DNA of 64,000 nucleotides from Turneriella sp. Its GTDB lineage: Bacteria; Spirochaetota; Leptospiria; Turneriellales; Turneriellaceae. Position 1 is the stretch's first letter; the number at the start of each line of letters is the position of its first letter. Below, piece by piece: positions 38,389 to 48,140 of the stretch. Made by a program: the position numbers and the translations under genes. The stretch spans positions 2,944,001-3,008,000 of the forward strand of contig CBDIID010000003.1 in assembly GCA_965279515.1 (NCBI GenBank), read 5' to 3'. The notes below the pieces were generated by a model. That model saw only the letters and a list, made by a program, of their open reading frames with translations, made no database searches and was not told the origin of the DNA.

Positions 38389-39270
38389 TCATACGATGTG
38401 TATGTCGATCCGCTTGCTTGAGGTCGCACTGCCGTTTTGCAGCTCGATCTCGTACTTGCCCACAGACAGTTGCGAGAACCAGGCAAAATCGTCGCGCAGT
38501 GGTATAGACTGCAGCAGGCGGCCCTGGCGGCGCAGGTTAATGAATTTCGGGCGCGGTCGGTAGTTCTGCAGTTTCACCGTGAGCATCACAGTTTCATTGC
38601 CGTCTTTAACTACCTGGTAAAACAGGTCTCCCTGCTTTTCTTCGCTCGTCATGAATTGCAGGGCGCCGGTTGCACCGCCAGCGGCGGTGGCCATATCAGA
38701 GCCGCGTACTGCAACCATCTCATCGCTGTTGGTCAGGTTATAGAGGTCGTGTATATGGCCGGCAATTAGGCGCAGGCCGTCTTTGAGGCGAATGACGATC
38801 GTCGATTCTTCTTCGGCGGGGGCCGCAGCATAGATGCGGTTCATGACGATTTGTTTGAGGTATGCCGGGGTTGGAATCATAGGGCGGTCGCCCCAGGTGA
38901 ACAGGAATGCGAGCGTGTCTTGAAACAGCCCAAAATCAGCATTGTTGGCCTTTATAGTTTGCCAGATTTTGCTCTTTGAAAGTTCTTTCTCAATAATGCG
39001 CGGATCATCCACGGAGAAGAATTTCTCAGCGACTTCGACGATTTCATGGATGGGTAATTTAAAGCCGGTCGTTTCGACGGTCGCGCCCTGCCGTTTATTG
39101 ACGGCGACCATGGTTTCGAATTGCACAAGCATCTCGAGGGCAGATAAATTTTCAGAGGCCAGGTTCAGGGCTTCACCATGCTTTTTATCGTCTAGATATA
39201 GCTTTAACAGACGCGAATATTCAGCGGGCGTCAGCTTCTTCAGGCTTTCTCTGCTACCTTTAGTTTCCAC
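38389..39270 (-). CDS. Hypothetical protein
   Basis: 293-aa ORF with RBS GGGAG and host-like codon usage. Confidence 0.7.
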   Translation of the reverse strand: METKGSRESLKKLTPAEYSRLLKLYLDDKKHGEALNLASENLSALEMLVQFETMVAVNKRQGATVETTGFKLPIHEIVEVAEKFFSVDDPRIIEKELSKSKIWQTIKANNADFGLFQDTLAFLFTWGDRPMIPTPAYLKQIVMNRIYAAAPAEEESTIVIRLKDGLRLIAGHIHDLYNLTNSDEMVAVRGSDMATAAGGATGALQFMTSEEKQGDLFYQVVKDGNETVMLTVKLQNYRPRPKFINLRRQGRLLQSIPLRDDFAWFSQLSVGKYEIELQNGSATSSKRIDIHIV

Positions 39271-39392
39271 AAGTATCTCCCACAGGCTTCCCGCCTGTTT
39301 TATATAGTATAGACGACGCAGCGAGCATTATCTTTACGACAAGAAAATATCCGTATTTCCCACAATGTTTCTGTGGGAGCTACGTAAGCGCC

Positions 39393-40190
39393 ATGAAACT
39401 CATCACCATATCTGTCAGCCATTACGTTGAAAAGGTCAAATGGGCCCTGAAAATCAGTGGCATTCCCTTTGAGGAAGAAAGCCACTTGCCGGGCATCCAT
39501 GCGGCCGTAACGCTCTGGCTGACCCGGGGCGCACACCGCTCAACCCCGGTCTTAATCGACGGTAATCAGGTCATAGCTGATTCGACGCGCATCTTACGCC
39601 ATCTCGCGACAAAATACCGGCAAAAATGGCTGTACCCGATTCCACAGGTACTCGAACTCGAAGAACGTTTCGACAAAAATATCGGTCCACATACGCGGCG
39701 TTTTATCTACCAGCAGCTCTTCGACAACGGTTTCTCGGTCGCGGAGTTTTTCGACCAGGACGTTGCGATACCCTGGCAAAAGGCGATCCTGCCCCTGGTT
39801 GCACCTGCATTGAAAGAAGTGATGATCCGTGATATGGCGATCAACCCCGCCTCGGCAGAGAATTCGCGCGCGGTTTTTGAAGCCGAGTTTGATTTTGTCG
39901 AAAAGCGCCTGAAAGACGGTCGGATGTACCTCTGCGGCGATACACTGACCGCCGCCGACATCACGTTTGCCGCGCTTTCAGCCCCCGTTATTTTACCTGA
40001 AGGTTATGGCGCGCGGCTGCCTAAGCTCGAAGATGCCCCTGAAGGGTCGCCTGTTCGGGCTCTTGTGGAGGGTTACCGTGCGCGTCCGGCGGGGCAGTTT
40101 GTGCTGCGCCTGTATAAAGAGAACAGGCATACGCGTCTTGAGCCACCGGGAGCGCGCGATTCTTCAGCGAGCGGCTCCGGAATTCCATAG
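39393..40190 (+). CDS. Glutathione S-transferase family protein
   Basis: SHYVEKVKWAL, TPVL, DS..I, ADITFAAL motifs. Confidence 0.9.
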   Translation: MKLITISVSHYVEKVKWALKISGIPFEEESHLPGIHAAVTLWLTRGAHRSTPVLIDGNQVIADSTRILRHLATKYRQKWLYPIPQVLELEERFDKNIGPHTRRFIYQQLFDNGFSVAEFFDQDVAIPWQKAILPLVAPALKEVMIRDMAINPASAENSRAVFEAEFDFVEKRLKDGRMYLCGDTLTAADITFAALSAPVILPEGYGARLPKLEDAPEGSPVRALVEGYRARPAGQFVLRLYKENRHTRLEPPGARDSSASGSGIP

Positions 40191-40253
40191 CATAGCCGGG
40201 ATATTCGCTACCGAAAACTATTGACATCCCCCGCAAAAAACAGGGCATCACTC

Positions 40254-41249
40254 ATGGCCGATAGTTATTACACCGTGATCCGCGGTAAGAAGTATGACCG
40301 CAGAATGCTTGAGCTCGCCGATGGGCTTACCAAGGGCAAGGGTGACGGCCGCATCTCTGTCGCCGATGCGAAGAATCTGCTGCGCGTTGTCAAAGATTCG
40401 AACAACTATTCGGCGACTGAAAAGGCGACGATGGAATATATCCGTAAGCGCTATAAATTCACCAAAGAAGGTGACGAATATTTCCGCTCTGAGATCCGCA
40501 AGTGGGCGGGCGGCAAGGGCAAAAAAGCCGCACCCAAAGAAAAAAAAGCCGCAGCTAAAGAAAGTGCGCCTGTGCCTGCAGCGCCGACGCCCGTCGTCGC
40601 GGCAGAGCCTTATTCCGCACCTGCGGCAGAAAAAAAACGATCGCCCTGGAAAGAAATCTTCATCGGTTTGATCCTGCTTATCGCTGCCAGTGCGCTGTTC
40701 TATTTCATTGCCTTTAAGACCAGTTGCGGTAAGGCGATGCTCGAGAAAAAATCTACGCCGGTAACAGAAGCTCCGAAACCCGCAGCGCCGCCCGTAGCGG
40801 CTGAAACAGCCAAACCTACAGAGCCACCTGTACCCGCTGAAACGGCTAAGCCTGCTACGGCGGCTCCGGTGGCGGCAAAAACGGCTGCGCGTGATGTCCC
40901 GACAGATCTCAAAAACTTTGTCGAGAAAACCCAGCTGATCTTCATCGCTGAAAAAACGGACCTGACTCCGACGACCGTCAAAAAACTGGATGCTCTGGCC
41001 GCGCGGCTGAAGGGAGAGAATCTCCGTCTGCAACTGACCGGGCATACGTGTTCGCTCGGGCCAAAAGAGCTGAATCAAAAAATTTCGGAGAAACGGGCAA
41101 GTGTCGCCAAAGCGGCACTCGTGGCGCGTGGTGTACCCGCGGCAAGTATCGAAACGCGCGGCATCGCCGACAGTGAAACAATCGGCGATCAGAAGACCGT
41201 CGCGGGCCGCGTCGCCAGCCGCCGCGTGACATTCAAAGTATTACAATAA
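40254..41249 (+). CDS. OmpA-like peptidoglycan-binding protein with N-terminal cytoplasmic domain and TM anchor
   Basis: N-domain with GDGRISVADA, TM helix, Pro/Ala linker, GHT...N..ISEKRA...RRV. Confidence 0.85.
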   Translation: MADSYYTVIRGKKYDRRMLELADGLTKGKGDGRISVADAKNLLRVVKDSNNYSATEKATMEYIRKRYKFTKEGDEYFRSEIRKWAGGKGKKAAPKEKKAAAKESAPVPAAPTPVVAAEPYSAPAAEKKRSPWKEIFIGLILLIAASALFYFIAFKTSCGKAMLEKKSTPVTEAPKPAAPPVAAETAKPTEPPVPAETAKPATAAPVAAKTAARDVPTDLKNFVEKTQLIFIAEKTDLTPTTVKKLDALAARLKGENLRLQLTGHTCSLGPKELNQKISEKRASVAKAALVARGVPAASIETRGIADSETIGDQKTVAGRVASRRVTFKVLQ

Positions 41250-41270
41250 ATTCGACAAGGTGGTAACTCA

Positions 41271-42941
41271 ATGAAGCGTATGAAATTAACATTAGGATTG
41301 TTGTCGGTTACGGCATTATTTTCTTCCGGATTGATTTTTGCAGAGCAGGTTAAGGCTGTGCCAAAACCCGGTGCGAAAACAGAACTCGTAAAACCCGATG
41401 CCACCAAGGCCAAAACCCCTGATGCTTCGACCGAACATGCAGCGCCCGTCGCGGTAGGCGGTGAAACTCACACTCCGGCTGCCGTCACGGGCCATGCCGC
41501 CGTTGATCCGCAAAAAGAGCTGGGTAAGAAATTATCTATCCTGACGTTGATACCATTTGTCATCATTCTGCTGGCGATTGCCGTGTTACCACTGGTGATT
41601 CCCCACCTCTGGGAATCGAATCTGGTCAAGGCCGTCATCAGCGTCCTCTTGGCCCTGATTACCGCGGGTTATCTTGCCACGCAGGGCCACCTGGGTGTTG
41701 AGGTGATTGTCGAAACACTCAAAGAATATTATGCCTTCATTTGTCTGCTCGTTGCATTGTTCACGATTTCAGGCGGCATCTATGTCGAAGGTGACATGAA
41801 AGCGACTCCGCTGACGAATACCACGATTCTCGGCATTGGTGCTGTCATCGCGAGCTTCATTGGTACCACAGGCGCTTCGGTATTGCTGATTCGTCCCCTG
41901 ATCCGTACGAATAAAGAGCGCAAGCACACGATGCATATTTTTGTCTTCTTTATCTTGCTCGTTTCTAACGTCGGTGGTGTGCTGCTCCCGGTGGGAGATC
42001 CCCCGCTCTTTATGGGTTACCTCTATGGCGTGCCGTTCTTCTGGACGCTGATTAAACTCTGGCCGATCTGGCTGACGGCGGTCGCAATTCTGCTGATTAT
42101 CTTTTTTGTCTGGGATATGATTGCCTATAGCAAAGAGAACAAGGCCGATCTCGCGAAAGACGCCACACAACAAAGCAAGCTGCGCATTCAGGGCGGTATC
42201 AACTTTGCGCTGATCGGTGGCGTGCTCCTGGCGGTTGTCTTTCTCAAGGATTATAAAACTGAACACGGCGACCTTGGCTTGGCTTGGTTGCAGCAGCCTG
42301 TGATGCTGGGTTTTGCATTGCTTTCTTTCGTCATCGATCACATAGCCAAAACGAAGAAAACCAAAGCGCACGAAGAGGTGCTGCTGGCAAAATTAGAAAA
42401 AGAAGGCAAGGTGACCGCGAATATGCGCGTACTCACCCACTATAAGCCGCACACACCGCGCGATAAAAACAATTTTAGCTTCGGCCCGATCATCGAGGTC
42501 GCCGCGCTGTTTATCGGTATCTTTATTACCATGATTCCCGCGCTCTGTATTCTGAAGGCGCGCGGCGCCGAAACAGGTGTCACACAGCCCTGGCAGTTTT
42601 ATTGGATTACCGGGGCGCTCAGTTCGTTCCTCGATAATGCTCCGTCGTATGCGACGTTCTTTGCGCTGGGCCAGGGTGTAACGGCGAACATGGGCGCGGC
42701 TGCTGGTGCAGTCGTCACCGCGGCAACCGGCGCGATCAACGAAACCATTCTGATCGGTATCTCGGTCGGTGCCGTATTTTTCGGCGCCAATACCTATATC
42801 GGTAACGCTCCCAACTTTATGGTGAAGGCGATGTGCGAAGAATCGAAGATCAAGATGCCTTCGTTCTTCGGATATATGGTTTATACGATTCTGATTCTCG
42901 TGCCGGTACTGGCGCTGGTACACCTCATTTTCCTGCGCTAA
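41271..42941 (+). CDS. Putative sodium:proton antiporter (IT superfamily)
   Basis: GTTGAS.LLIRP, GDPPLF.GY, SSFLDNAP, YIGNAPNFMVK motifs; many TM helices. Confidence 0.88.
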   Translation: MKRMKLTLGLLSVTALFSSGLIFAEQVKAVPKPGAKTELVKPDATKAKTPDASTEHAAPVAVGGETHTPAAVTGHAAVDPQKELGKKLSILTLIPFVIILLAIAVLPLVIPHLWESNLVKAVISVLLALITAGYLATQGHLGVEVIVETLKEYYAFICLLVALFTISGGIYVEGDMKATPLTNTTILGIGAVIASFIGTTGASVLLIRPLIRTNKERKHTMHIFVFFILLVSNVGGVLLPVGDPPLFMGYLYGVPFFWTLIKLWPIWLTAVAILLIIFFVWDMIAYSKENKADLAKDATQQSKLRIQGGINFALIGGVLLAVVFLKDYKTEHGDLGLAWLQQPVMLGFALLSFVIDHIAKTKKTKAHEEVLLAKLEKEGKVTANMRVLTHYKPHTPRDKNNFSFGPIIEVAALFIGIFITMIPALCILKARGAETGVTQPWQFYWITGALSSFLDNAPSYATFFALGQGVTANMGAAAGAVVTAATGAINETILIGISVGAVFFGANTYIGNAPNFMVKAMCEESKIKMPSFFGYMVYTILILVPVLALVHLIFLR

Positions 42942-42947
42942 GTTTCG

Positions 42948-43961
42948 ATGTTCGGCATCCGTTTCATCAAGTTCGATGCGATGACCTATGTCATCCATCA
43001 TAAGAGGGGGCGGATTAAGCGCGAGGGCCGCGGGCTCTCGTTCTATTATTACGAGCCATCAAGTTCGATTGCCGCGATTCCCCTGGGGTCGAACGATGTG
43101 CCGTTTATCTTTAACGAAACGACGCTCGACTACCAGACAGTCTCCATTCAGGGGCAGATCTCGTACCGCGTCAGCGACGCGAAAAAACTCTCCGAAGTGC
43201 TTGATTTCACCGTCGATGCCGAAGGCAGCTACAAAAAAGATGAAAGTGAGAAGCTGACACAGCGGATTATCAACGAGGCACAGACGGCGACGTCGGCGCT
43301 CATCCACTCATTGCCGCTGAAAGAGGCACTGCGCAGCGCCCAGGCATTCGAAGAGAAGATTTCAGGCGGATTAAAATCGGCGGTGGCCGTCAATGCGCTC
43401 GGTCTGGATATTTTATCCGTGAATGTGCTGGCGGTGAAGGCAACTCCCGAAATGGAGCGGGCGCTCGAGACCGAGACGCGCGAAGGCATTCAGCAGGGCG
43501 CCGACCAGGCGATTTACGCGCGGCGTAATTTTGCCGTCGAGCAGGAACGCAAGATCAAGGAATCGGAACTGAGTACCGAGATTGCCGTCGAAGAGAAAAA
43601 GAAACAGATCGTTGAAAAAAAGGCTGAGACCGAAGTTCTCAATGCCGAGAACAACAAAAAGCTGCGCGAGATGAAAATCAGGGCCGATATCTCGGTCGAA
43701 ACCGAGCGGCAGAAACTCATCGACACGCGCGTACTGAACTCGCGCAAAGAAGCTGACGCACAGGGATATACGATTGAAACCCTGCTGAAACCCTACCGTA
43801 CCATGGACTGGAAGACGCTCGCCGCGATCGGCAAAGATTTTAACGCCAACTCACAGGTGGCGATGGCGTTTCGCCTTCTGGCCGAAAATGCCGAGAAGAT
43901 CGGTACACTGAATATTACGCCCGATTTGTTACAGTCGTTGACGGAGAAAAAAGACGCATGA
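42948..43961 (+). CDS. SPFH/Band 7 domain protein (NrtX-like)
   Basis: SPFH N-terminal fold, AIYARRN.AVEQER.IKE.EL.TEI coiled coil, IGTLNITPDLL tail. Confidence 0.88.
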   Translation: MFGIRFIKFDAMTYVIHHKRGRIKREGRGLSFYYYEPSSSIAAIPLGSNDVPFIFNETTLDYQTVSIQGQISYRVSDAKKLSEVLDFTVDAEGSYKKDESEKLTQRIINEAQTATSALIHSLPLKEALRSAQAFEEKISGGLKSAVAVNALGLDILSVNVLAVKATPEMERALETETREGIQQGADQAIYARRNFAVEQERKIKESELSTEIAVEEKKKQIVEKKAETEVLNAENNKKLREMKIRADISVETERQKLIDTRVLNSRKEADAQGYTIETLLKPYRTMDWKTLAAIGKDFNANSQVAMAFRLLAENAEKIGTLNITPDLLQSLTEKKDA

Positions 43962-43962
43962 T

Positions 43963-44021
43963 CGGTCACTTCGACTCCGCTCAGTGACCGGGGCGATTTT
44001 GGTCGTTGAGCGGGGTCGAAA
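43963..44021. repeat. REP-like palindromic element (family C)
   Basis: CGGTCACT-N12-AGTGACCG hairpin; TTCGACTCCGCTCA pairs with downstream TGAGCGGGGTCGAA (one G-U). Confidence 0.7.
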
Positions 44022-44038
44022 CGCCCAAAATCGTAACC

Positions 44039-44953
44039 ATGCTCGAATACGCCATCATTGTCCGCTCGAAGACCCGCCGCGAGCTTCTGCAAGACAAGTT
44101 CCAAACCCACGCCCAGGCTAAATTTTATGTCGAGCGCTCAGGTGGCCGCATCGACGACATTGACGCCGAGCATGACGAGTTTTACCGCAGCCTCGAGGCG
44201 GTGCAGGCACAGCTCTCAGGCAAACTGAAGTTCAAGATTATCGACCGTAGTTTTCTGCCTTCGTTCCTGTTTGCTGAAAACCATCTGATTATCACGGTCG
44301 GGCAAGATGGCCTCGTCGCCAATACGGCGAAATATGCCAAGGGCCAGCCGATCATTGGCGTGAATCCCGACCCTGCGCGCTTTGACGGTGTACTGCTCAG
44401 AACCCAGGTGAAGACCTTTGCCCAGCATCTGCAGCATGCACTTTCAGGTGGCGCGGTACTTTCCGAGATCACGATGGCCGAGCTGACACTCAATGACGGC
44501 CAGAGGCTGCTTGCTTTTAACGACTTTTTTATCGGTCCCTCGTCGCATATCTCTGCGCGTTACATCATCTCGCAGGGTGAAAAGCGCGAAGAGCATTCTT
44601 CATCGGGTATTCTCGTCGCCACCGGCGCGGGTAAGACGGGGTGGATGAGTTCGGTGCTCAATATGGTCGCGGGAATCTCGGGCAAGGCCGACCTTGCGCG
44701 CTATAAGAACCTGACGTGGAACTCCCCCGAGCTGATCTATGCGGTGCGCGAACCCTTTATCAGCAAGCAGTCGCAGGCATCGATGGTCTGGGGTATGATC
44801 GACCGGAAAAAACCCCTGGTGCTTGAATCGCGCATGGCGCAGAACGGCGTCATCTTCAGCGACGGTGTCGAGCGTGACTTTCTGCAATTTAACTCAGGGG
44901 CGATTGCCACGGTCGGCGTTGCGTCAGAAAAGGCGAGGCTCGTAACCGGTTAA
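44039..44953 (+). CDS. NAD-kinase-like protein (NrtY-like)
   Basis: VGQDGLVANTAKY, GVNPDP, FNDFFIG, ATGAGKTGW; start taken at ATG 44039. Confidence 0.85.
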   Translation: MLEYAIIVRSKTRRELLQDKFQTHAQAKFYVERSGGRIDDIDAEHDEFYRSLEAVQAQLSGKLKFKIIDRSFLPSFLFAENHLIITVGQDGLVANTAKYAKGQPIIGVNPDPARFDGVLLRTQVKTFAQHLQHALSGGAVLSEITMAELTLNDGQRLLAFNDFFIGPSSHISARYIISQGEKREEHSSSGILVATGAGKTGWMSSVLNMVAGISGKADLARYKNLTWNSPELIYAVREPFISKQSQASMVWGMIDRKKPLVLESRMAQNGVIFSDGVERDFLQFNSGAIATVGVASEKARLVTG

Positions 44954-44990
44954 TAGTTGACGGATCGAAAAGCCGGGGGTTCACAACGCC

Positions 44991-45977
44991 ATGAAGCAGA
45001 GTGCCGCTGAAGTTCCCGTCCACAGTTACCAGCGCAAGGCCGCCATCGTCTCAGGCGGTATTGCCGATCATTCCGGCAAGGTGCAGGTACGCCCCATTGA
45101 AAATTTTGACCTGAACCGCACGATTTTCAACACGCTTGAGGGTGCATTGCCGCGCCTCGTCATACAGACGCGCATCGCCAAAGATGTAAAGTGGGATGCC
45201 CCCGTTGCAGAAGCTATCGACAAACAATATGTACAAAAGTCTGCAGAAAAGAAACTGCCACCGATCAGCCCTGAACTGTTACGGTTTTTGAGTGAAGAAT
45301 GCGATTTTGACGTCGAGCATGCCGATGGTTCTTTTCTCGACCATCTTTATTACTGCTACGAGTACACGCACTACTATCTGCCGCAGCATTCTGCGCTGGT
45401 GATGCTTTTGCATTCGATATTGGGTACAGGTACCAACACCTTCGCCATGACGAAGGAAAAAATTCCCCGGTTGAAGCCGCTGATGAGCGAGTTCGAATGG
45501 ACGCATGTTGAGGCATTTCCTTCGGTTCTGCGTTTACTCTACGATGTGAACCTGCTGAAAGAACTGGAAAACAATCGTACCCGGCTCGACGAACTTAAAG
45601 AAATCCATTTCCACCGTGTGATCGACAATGAGCCGCTGAAGATGTCCGGCAAAGATTTCTGGATACAGCTCAATTACCAGCTGATTCACCTGACAGATTT
45701 TATCCCTGTGAGCAACTGGTCGGCGCATTCGAACGATTCTGCCTTTATTCTATTCCGCCGCCTGTTTCCGTTTCTCGAGAAGACAGGCAAACTCGAGGCG
45801 AAGGTCAGTTACAAGCCACCTTTCCCGTTTGCGCCGGTTACGGGCGAGCAGCTGCCGATCGCCGGTTGGCTTTTGACGCTCTTACCATCGGGTCTGAGCG
45901 AACGCATGACCGCGCAATCGATCCGTAATTTTTCCAAAGCGATCGGCCACGATCTGAGTTACAAGCTCGTGTTCTAG
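44991..45977 (+). CDS. Hypothetical protein with a His-rich DUF6817-like motif
   Basis: EHADGSFLDHL...LLHSILGT pattern. Confidence 0.65.
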   Translation: MKQSAAEVPVHSYQRKAAIVSGGIADHSGKVQVRPIENFDLNRTIFNTLEGALPRLVIQTRIAKDVKWDAPVAEAIDKQYVQKSAEKKLPPISPELLRFLSEECDFDVEHADGSFLDHLYYCYEYTHYYLPQHSALVMLLHSILGTGTNTFAMTKEKIPRLKPLMSEFEWTHVEAFPSVLRLLYDVNLLKELENNRTRLDELKEIHFHRVIDNEPLKMSGKDFWIQLNYQLIHLTDFIPVSNWSAHSNDSAFILFRRLFPFLEKTGKLEAKVSYKPPFPFAPVTGEQLPIAGWLLTLLPSGLSERMTAQSIRNFSKAIGHDLSYKLVF

Positions 45978-45992
45978 CGGGCGCGGCAAGAG

Positions 45993-47111
45993 ATGGTCTG
46001 GGTATTTCTCTTTGCCGCTTTCGGGGCAGCCCTGGTGGCGCTCGGCCAGATTTTCTATCTGAAGAACAGTAAAAACCGTGTGGCGTTCTTTATGTATGTC
46101 TGCATGGCATATATTCTCATTTATTTCAAGCTCGCCTTCGATCTCACCATGGTCTCGTATGGGCATCTCTACCTGACAGGTAATATCGCGGGAATCGCCG
46201 CCGCATGCCTTATCTACTTTCATGTGCGCAGCGTTTCGGATAGTTCGTTCGTTTTTGGCTGGCGGCACGGCGCCGTGATTTTGGGATGTATCACTGCCTA
46301 CGCGCTGACGCTGCTGCCGTTCTGGCTGCTTTCCGCACCGGAAAAAGGCGAGTTGCTGCGCAAGATGATTACCAGCGGATTTCTCTACTGGAATGAACCG
46401 GAAATTCTCGGGGTTTCTGTCTTTAAGATCAGCAATGCTGTTTTTGCTGTAAATTCTATTACTTTCATCGGCCTCGCCACGCTGCGCCTGATCCGTTCGA
46501 TCGAGCCGGAACGCATTTGGCGTAATTTCTATTTTTATCTCAGCGTCATCATTGGCATCGGTTTTATCGCGACATTGATTGGCAGTTATGGGGTTTATGT
46601 CGGTTCCGTGTTTATGGTAGAAATACTCGGGGGCATTCTCGGCGCCTGTATCTTCGGCTTCTATCTCGTGGGCCAGGCTTTTCCCTGGGCGCTCTATGAG
46701 AGGCCGAATCTCGGGGACACTGAATCTGTAGCCGATGCCTCCCCCGGTCGGTCACGGTTGAAAGACGAAGACGTGCAAAAGATTTCCGAAAAGCTGGATA
46801 TCCTGCTGAGCCAAAATAAGCTCTTTAAACGCAGCGATCTTTCACTGCCGGTTCTCGCCGCCGAAGTGGGGGTAACGCCGCACCAGCTTTCGGAGTATCT
46901 CAACCGTTTCGTTAAAAAACGCTTCACCGCGTTTGTGAATGGTTACAGGGTCGAAGAAGCGAAGCGGCTTTTTGCGGCGGATACCCGTACCAATAACATT
47001 ATCGTGGCGCGCGAAACGGGCTTTAACAGCGACACGCATTTCCATTTTGTTTTCCAGAATATGACCGGTATCAGTCCGGGGGAATTCCGCCGTTCGGCAG
47101 TAAAAGCCTGA
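45993..47111 (+). CDS. Membrane-anchored AraC family regulator
   Basis: N-terminal TM helices; HQLSEYLN, FVNGYRVEEAK, GFNS, SPGEFR. Confidence 0.9.
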   Translation: MVWVFLFAAFGAALVALGQIFYLKNSKNRVAFFMYVCMAYILIYFKLAFDLTMVSYGHLYLTGNIAGIAAACLIYFHVRSVSDSSFVFGWRHGAVILGCITAYALTLLPFWLLSAPEKGELLRKMITSGFLYWNEPEILGVSVFKISNAVFAVNSITFIGLATLRLIRSIEPERIWRNFYFYLSVIIGIGFIATLIGSYGVYVGSVFMVEILGGILGACIFGFYLVGQAFPWALYERPNLGDTESVADASPGRSRLKDEDVQKISEKLDILLSQNKLFKRSDLSLPVLAAEVGVTPHQLSEYLNRFVKKRFTAFVNGYRVEEAKRLFAADTRTNNIIVARETGFNSDTHFHFVFQNMTGISPGEFRRSAVKA

Positions 47112-47180
47112 AATATTCATAAGTTATAACTTCGTAAGCATTGTTTGAGCCGCTTTTTGCCGTGCTGCGTATAATAGCTG

Positions 47181-48140
47181 GTGGAAAAGGCACGCGCAAT
47201 GTACCGGGCACGTTTACAGTATTATGTCGCTTTCTGTTTGCTGGCCTTGCCGTCGGTTTTTGCGGCTCCCGTCGAAACGACGCAGCAGCGCAAAAAGCTG
47301 ATTTTCGTGAATTTTTATAATGCCACGGGCAACAAGAACATCGCCTACCTCGAAAGTTCGATCGTCGATTCGATCCATGAACTCATTAAGAACAAGTATG
47401 CCTATGACCGGGTAACCGCCGAAGAGTGGAAAAAATTCATTACCTACAGCGACTTCTCTGAGGCAGATTATTACGATCCCGAAAAGCTACAAAAGATCGG
47501 CATGCATTTTCATGCCGATGGTATTATCTTTGGCAAGCTCTCCAACCACCCGAACGGGATTCTCATCACCGGCAAGATTCTTTCCGTGATCGAAAAAGAA
47601 GTCATCGCCGAAAAGGAACTCGTCGCGCCGCTCACCGCCGAGATGTTCGAGAGTGTCAATAGCATCTCTGAAGCTCTGGCAGTCAAAATCAAAGACCTGT
47701 TCATTCCCTCGGACTTAGGTGCGCTGCGGCGCTCGGCAATGCTACCGGGCTGGGGCCAGTTTTACAAGCAGCGCAAGAAGTGGGGCTATATCTGGGGGAT
47801 TTCTGTTGGGGTCGCATTTCTCACATCTTCGTATTTCACCTACGCTTACATAAAGAATAACAACGCTTACAGAAACGCTGAGCCTCAGGATGATCCGGCG
47901 AGCCTGTACAGTAAGGCAGATTCAAGCTACACTGCGATGCAGATCGGCTGGTATGTGACGCTTGGTCTCTATGTTCTCAATCTTGCAGACGCGTATTTTT
48001 TCCATGGCGACTACAATCTCGCGGCACCTGGCAAGACTGCCATGTTGCCCGAGAATATATCGATAGCCGTGAACCGGATACTGTCGCCATTCGGGCAGGC
48101 GGAGACGGCGGTGAATATTCTATGGAGGCAGCCTTTATGA
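47181..48140 (+). CDS. Secreted protein with TolB-N/CsgG-like and DUF5683-like regions
   Basis: Signal peptide; FYNATG..YL..SI.D, IG....ADGIIFG; RSAMLPGWGQFY...NLADAY. Confidence 0.7.
   Translation: MEKARAMYRARLQYYVAFCLLALPSVFAAPVETTQQRKKLIFVNFYNATGNKNIAYLESSIVDSIHELIKNKYAYDRVTAEEWKKFITYSDFSEADYYDPEKLQKIGMHFHADGIIFGKLSNHPNGILITGKILSVIEKEVIAEKELVAPLTAEMFESVNSISEALAVKIKDLFIPSDLGALRRSAMLPGWGQFYKQRKKWGYIWGISVGVAFLTSSYFTYAYIKNNNAYRNAEPQDDPASLYSKADSSYTAMQIGWYVTLGLYVLNLADAYFFHGDYNLAAPGKTAMLPENISIAVNRILSPFGQAETAVNILWRQPL

Noticed and set aside
39277..39379. 9-bp inverted repeat CTCCCACAG/CTGTGGGAG as MITE ends or an invertible switch
   Set aside because: Short, largely explained by SD-like GGGAG for two divergent genes; no target duplication or recombinase.
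40780..40870. Repeated GCTGAAAC.GC.AA.CCT units
   Set aside because: Ordinary Pro/Ala linker repeats (AETAKP) within a protein, not a CRISPR or mobile repeat.
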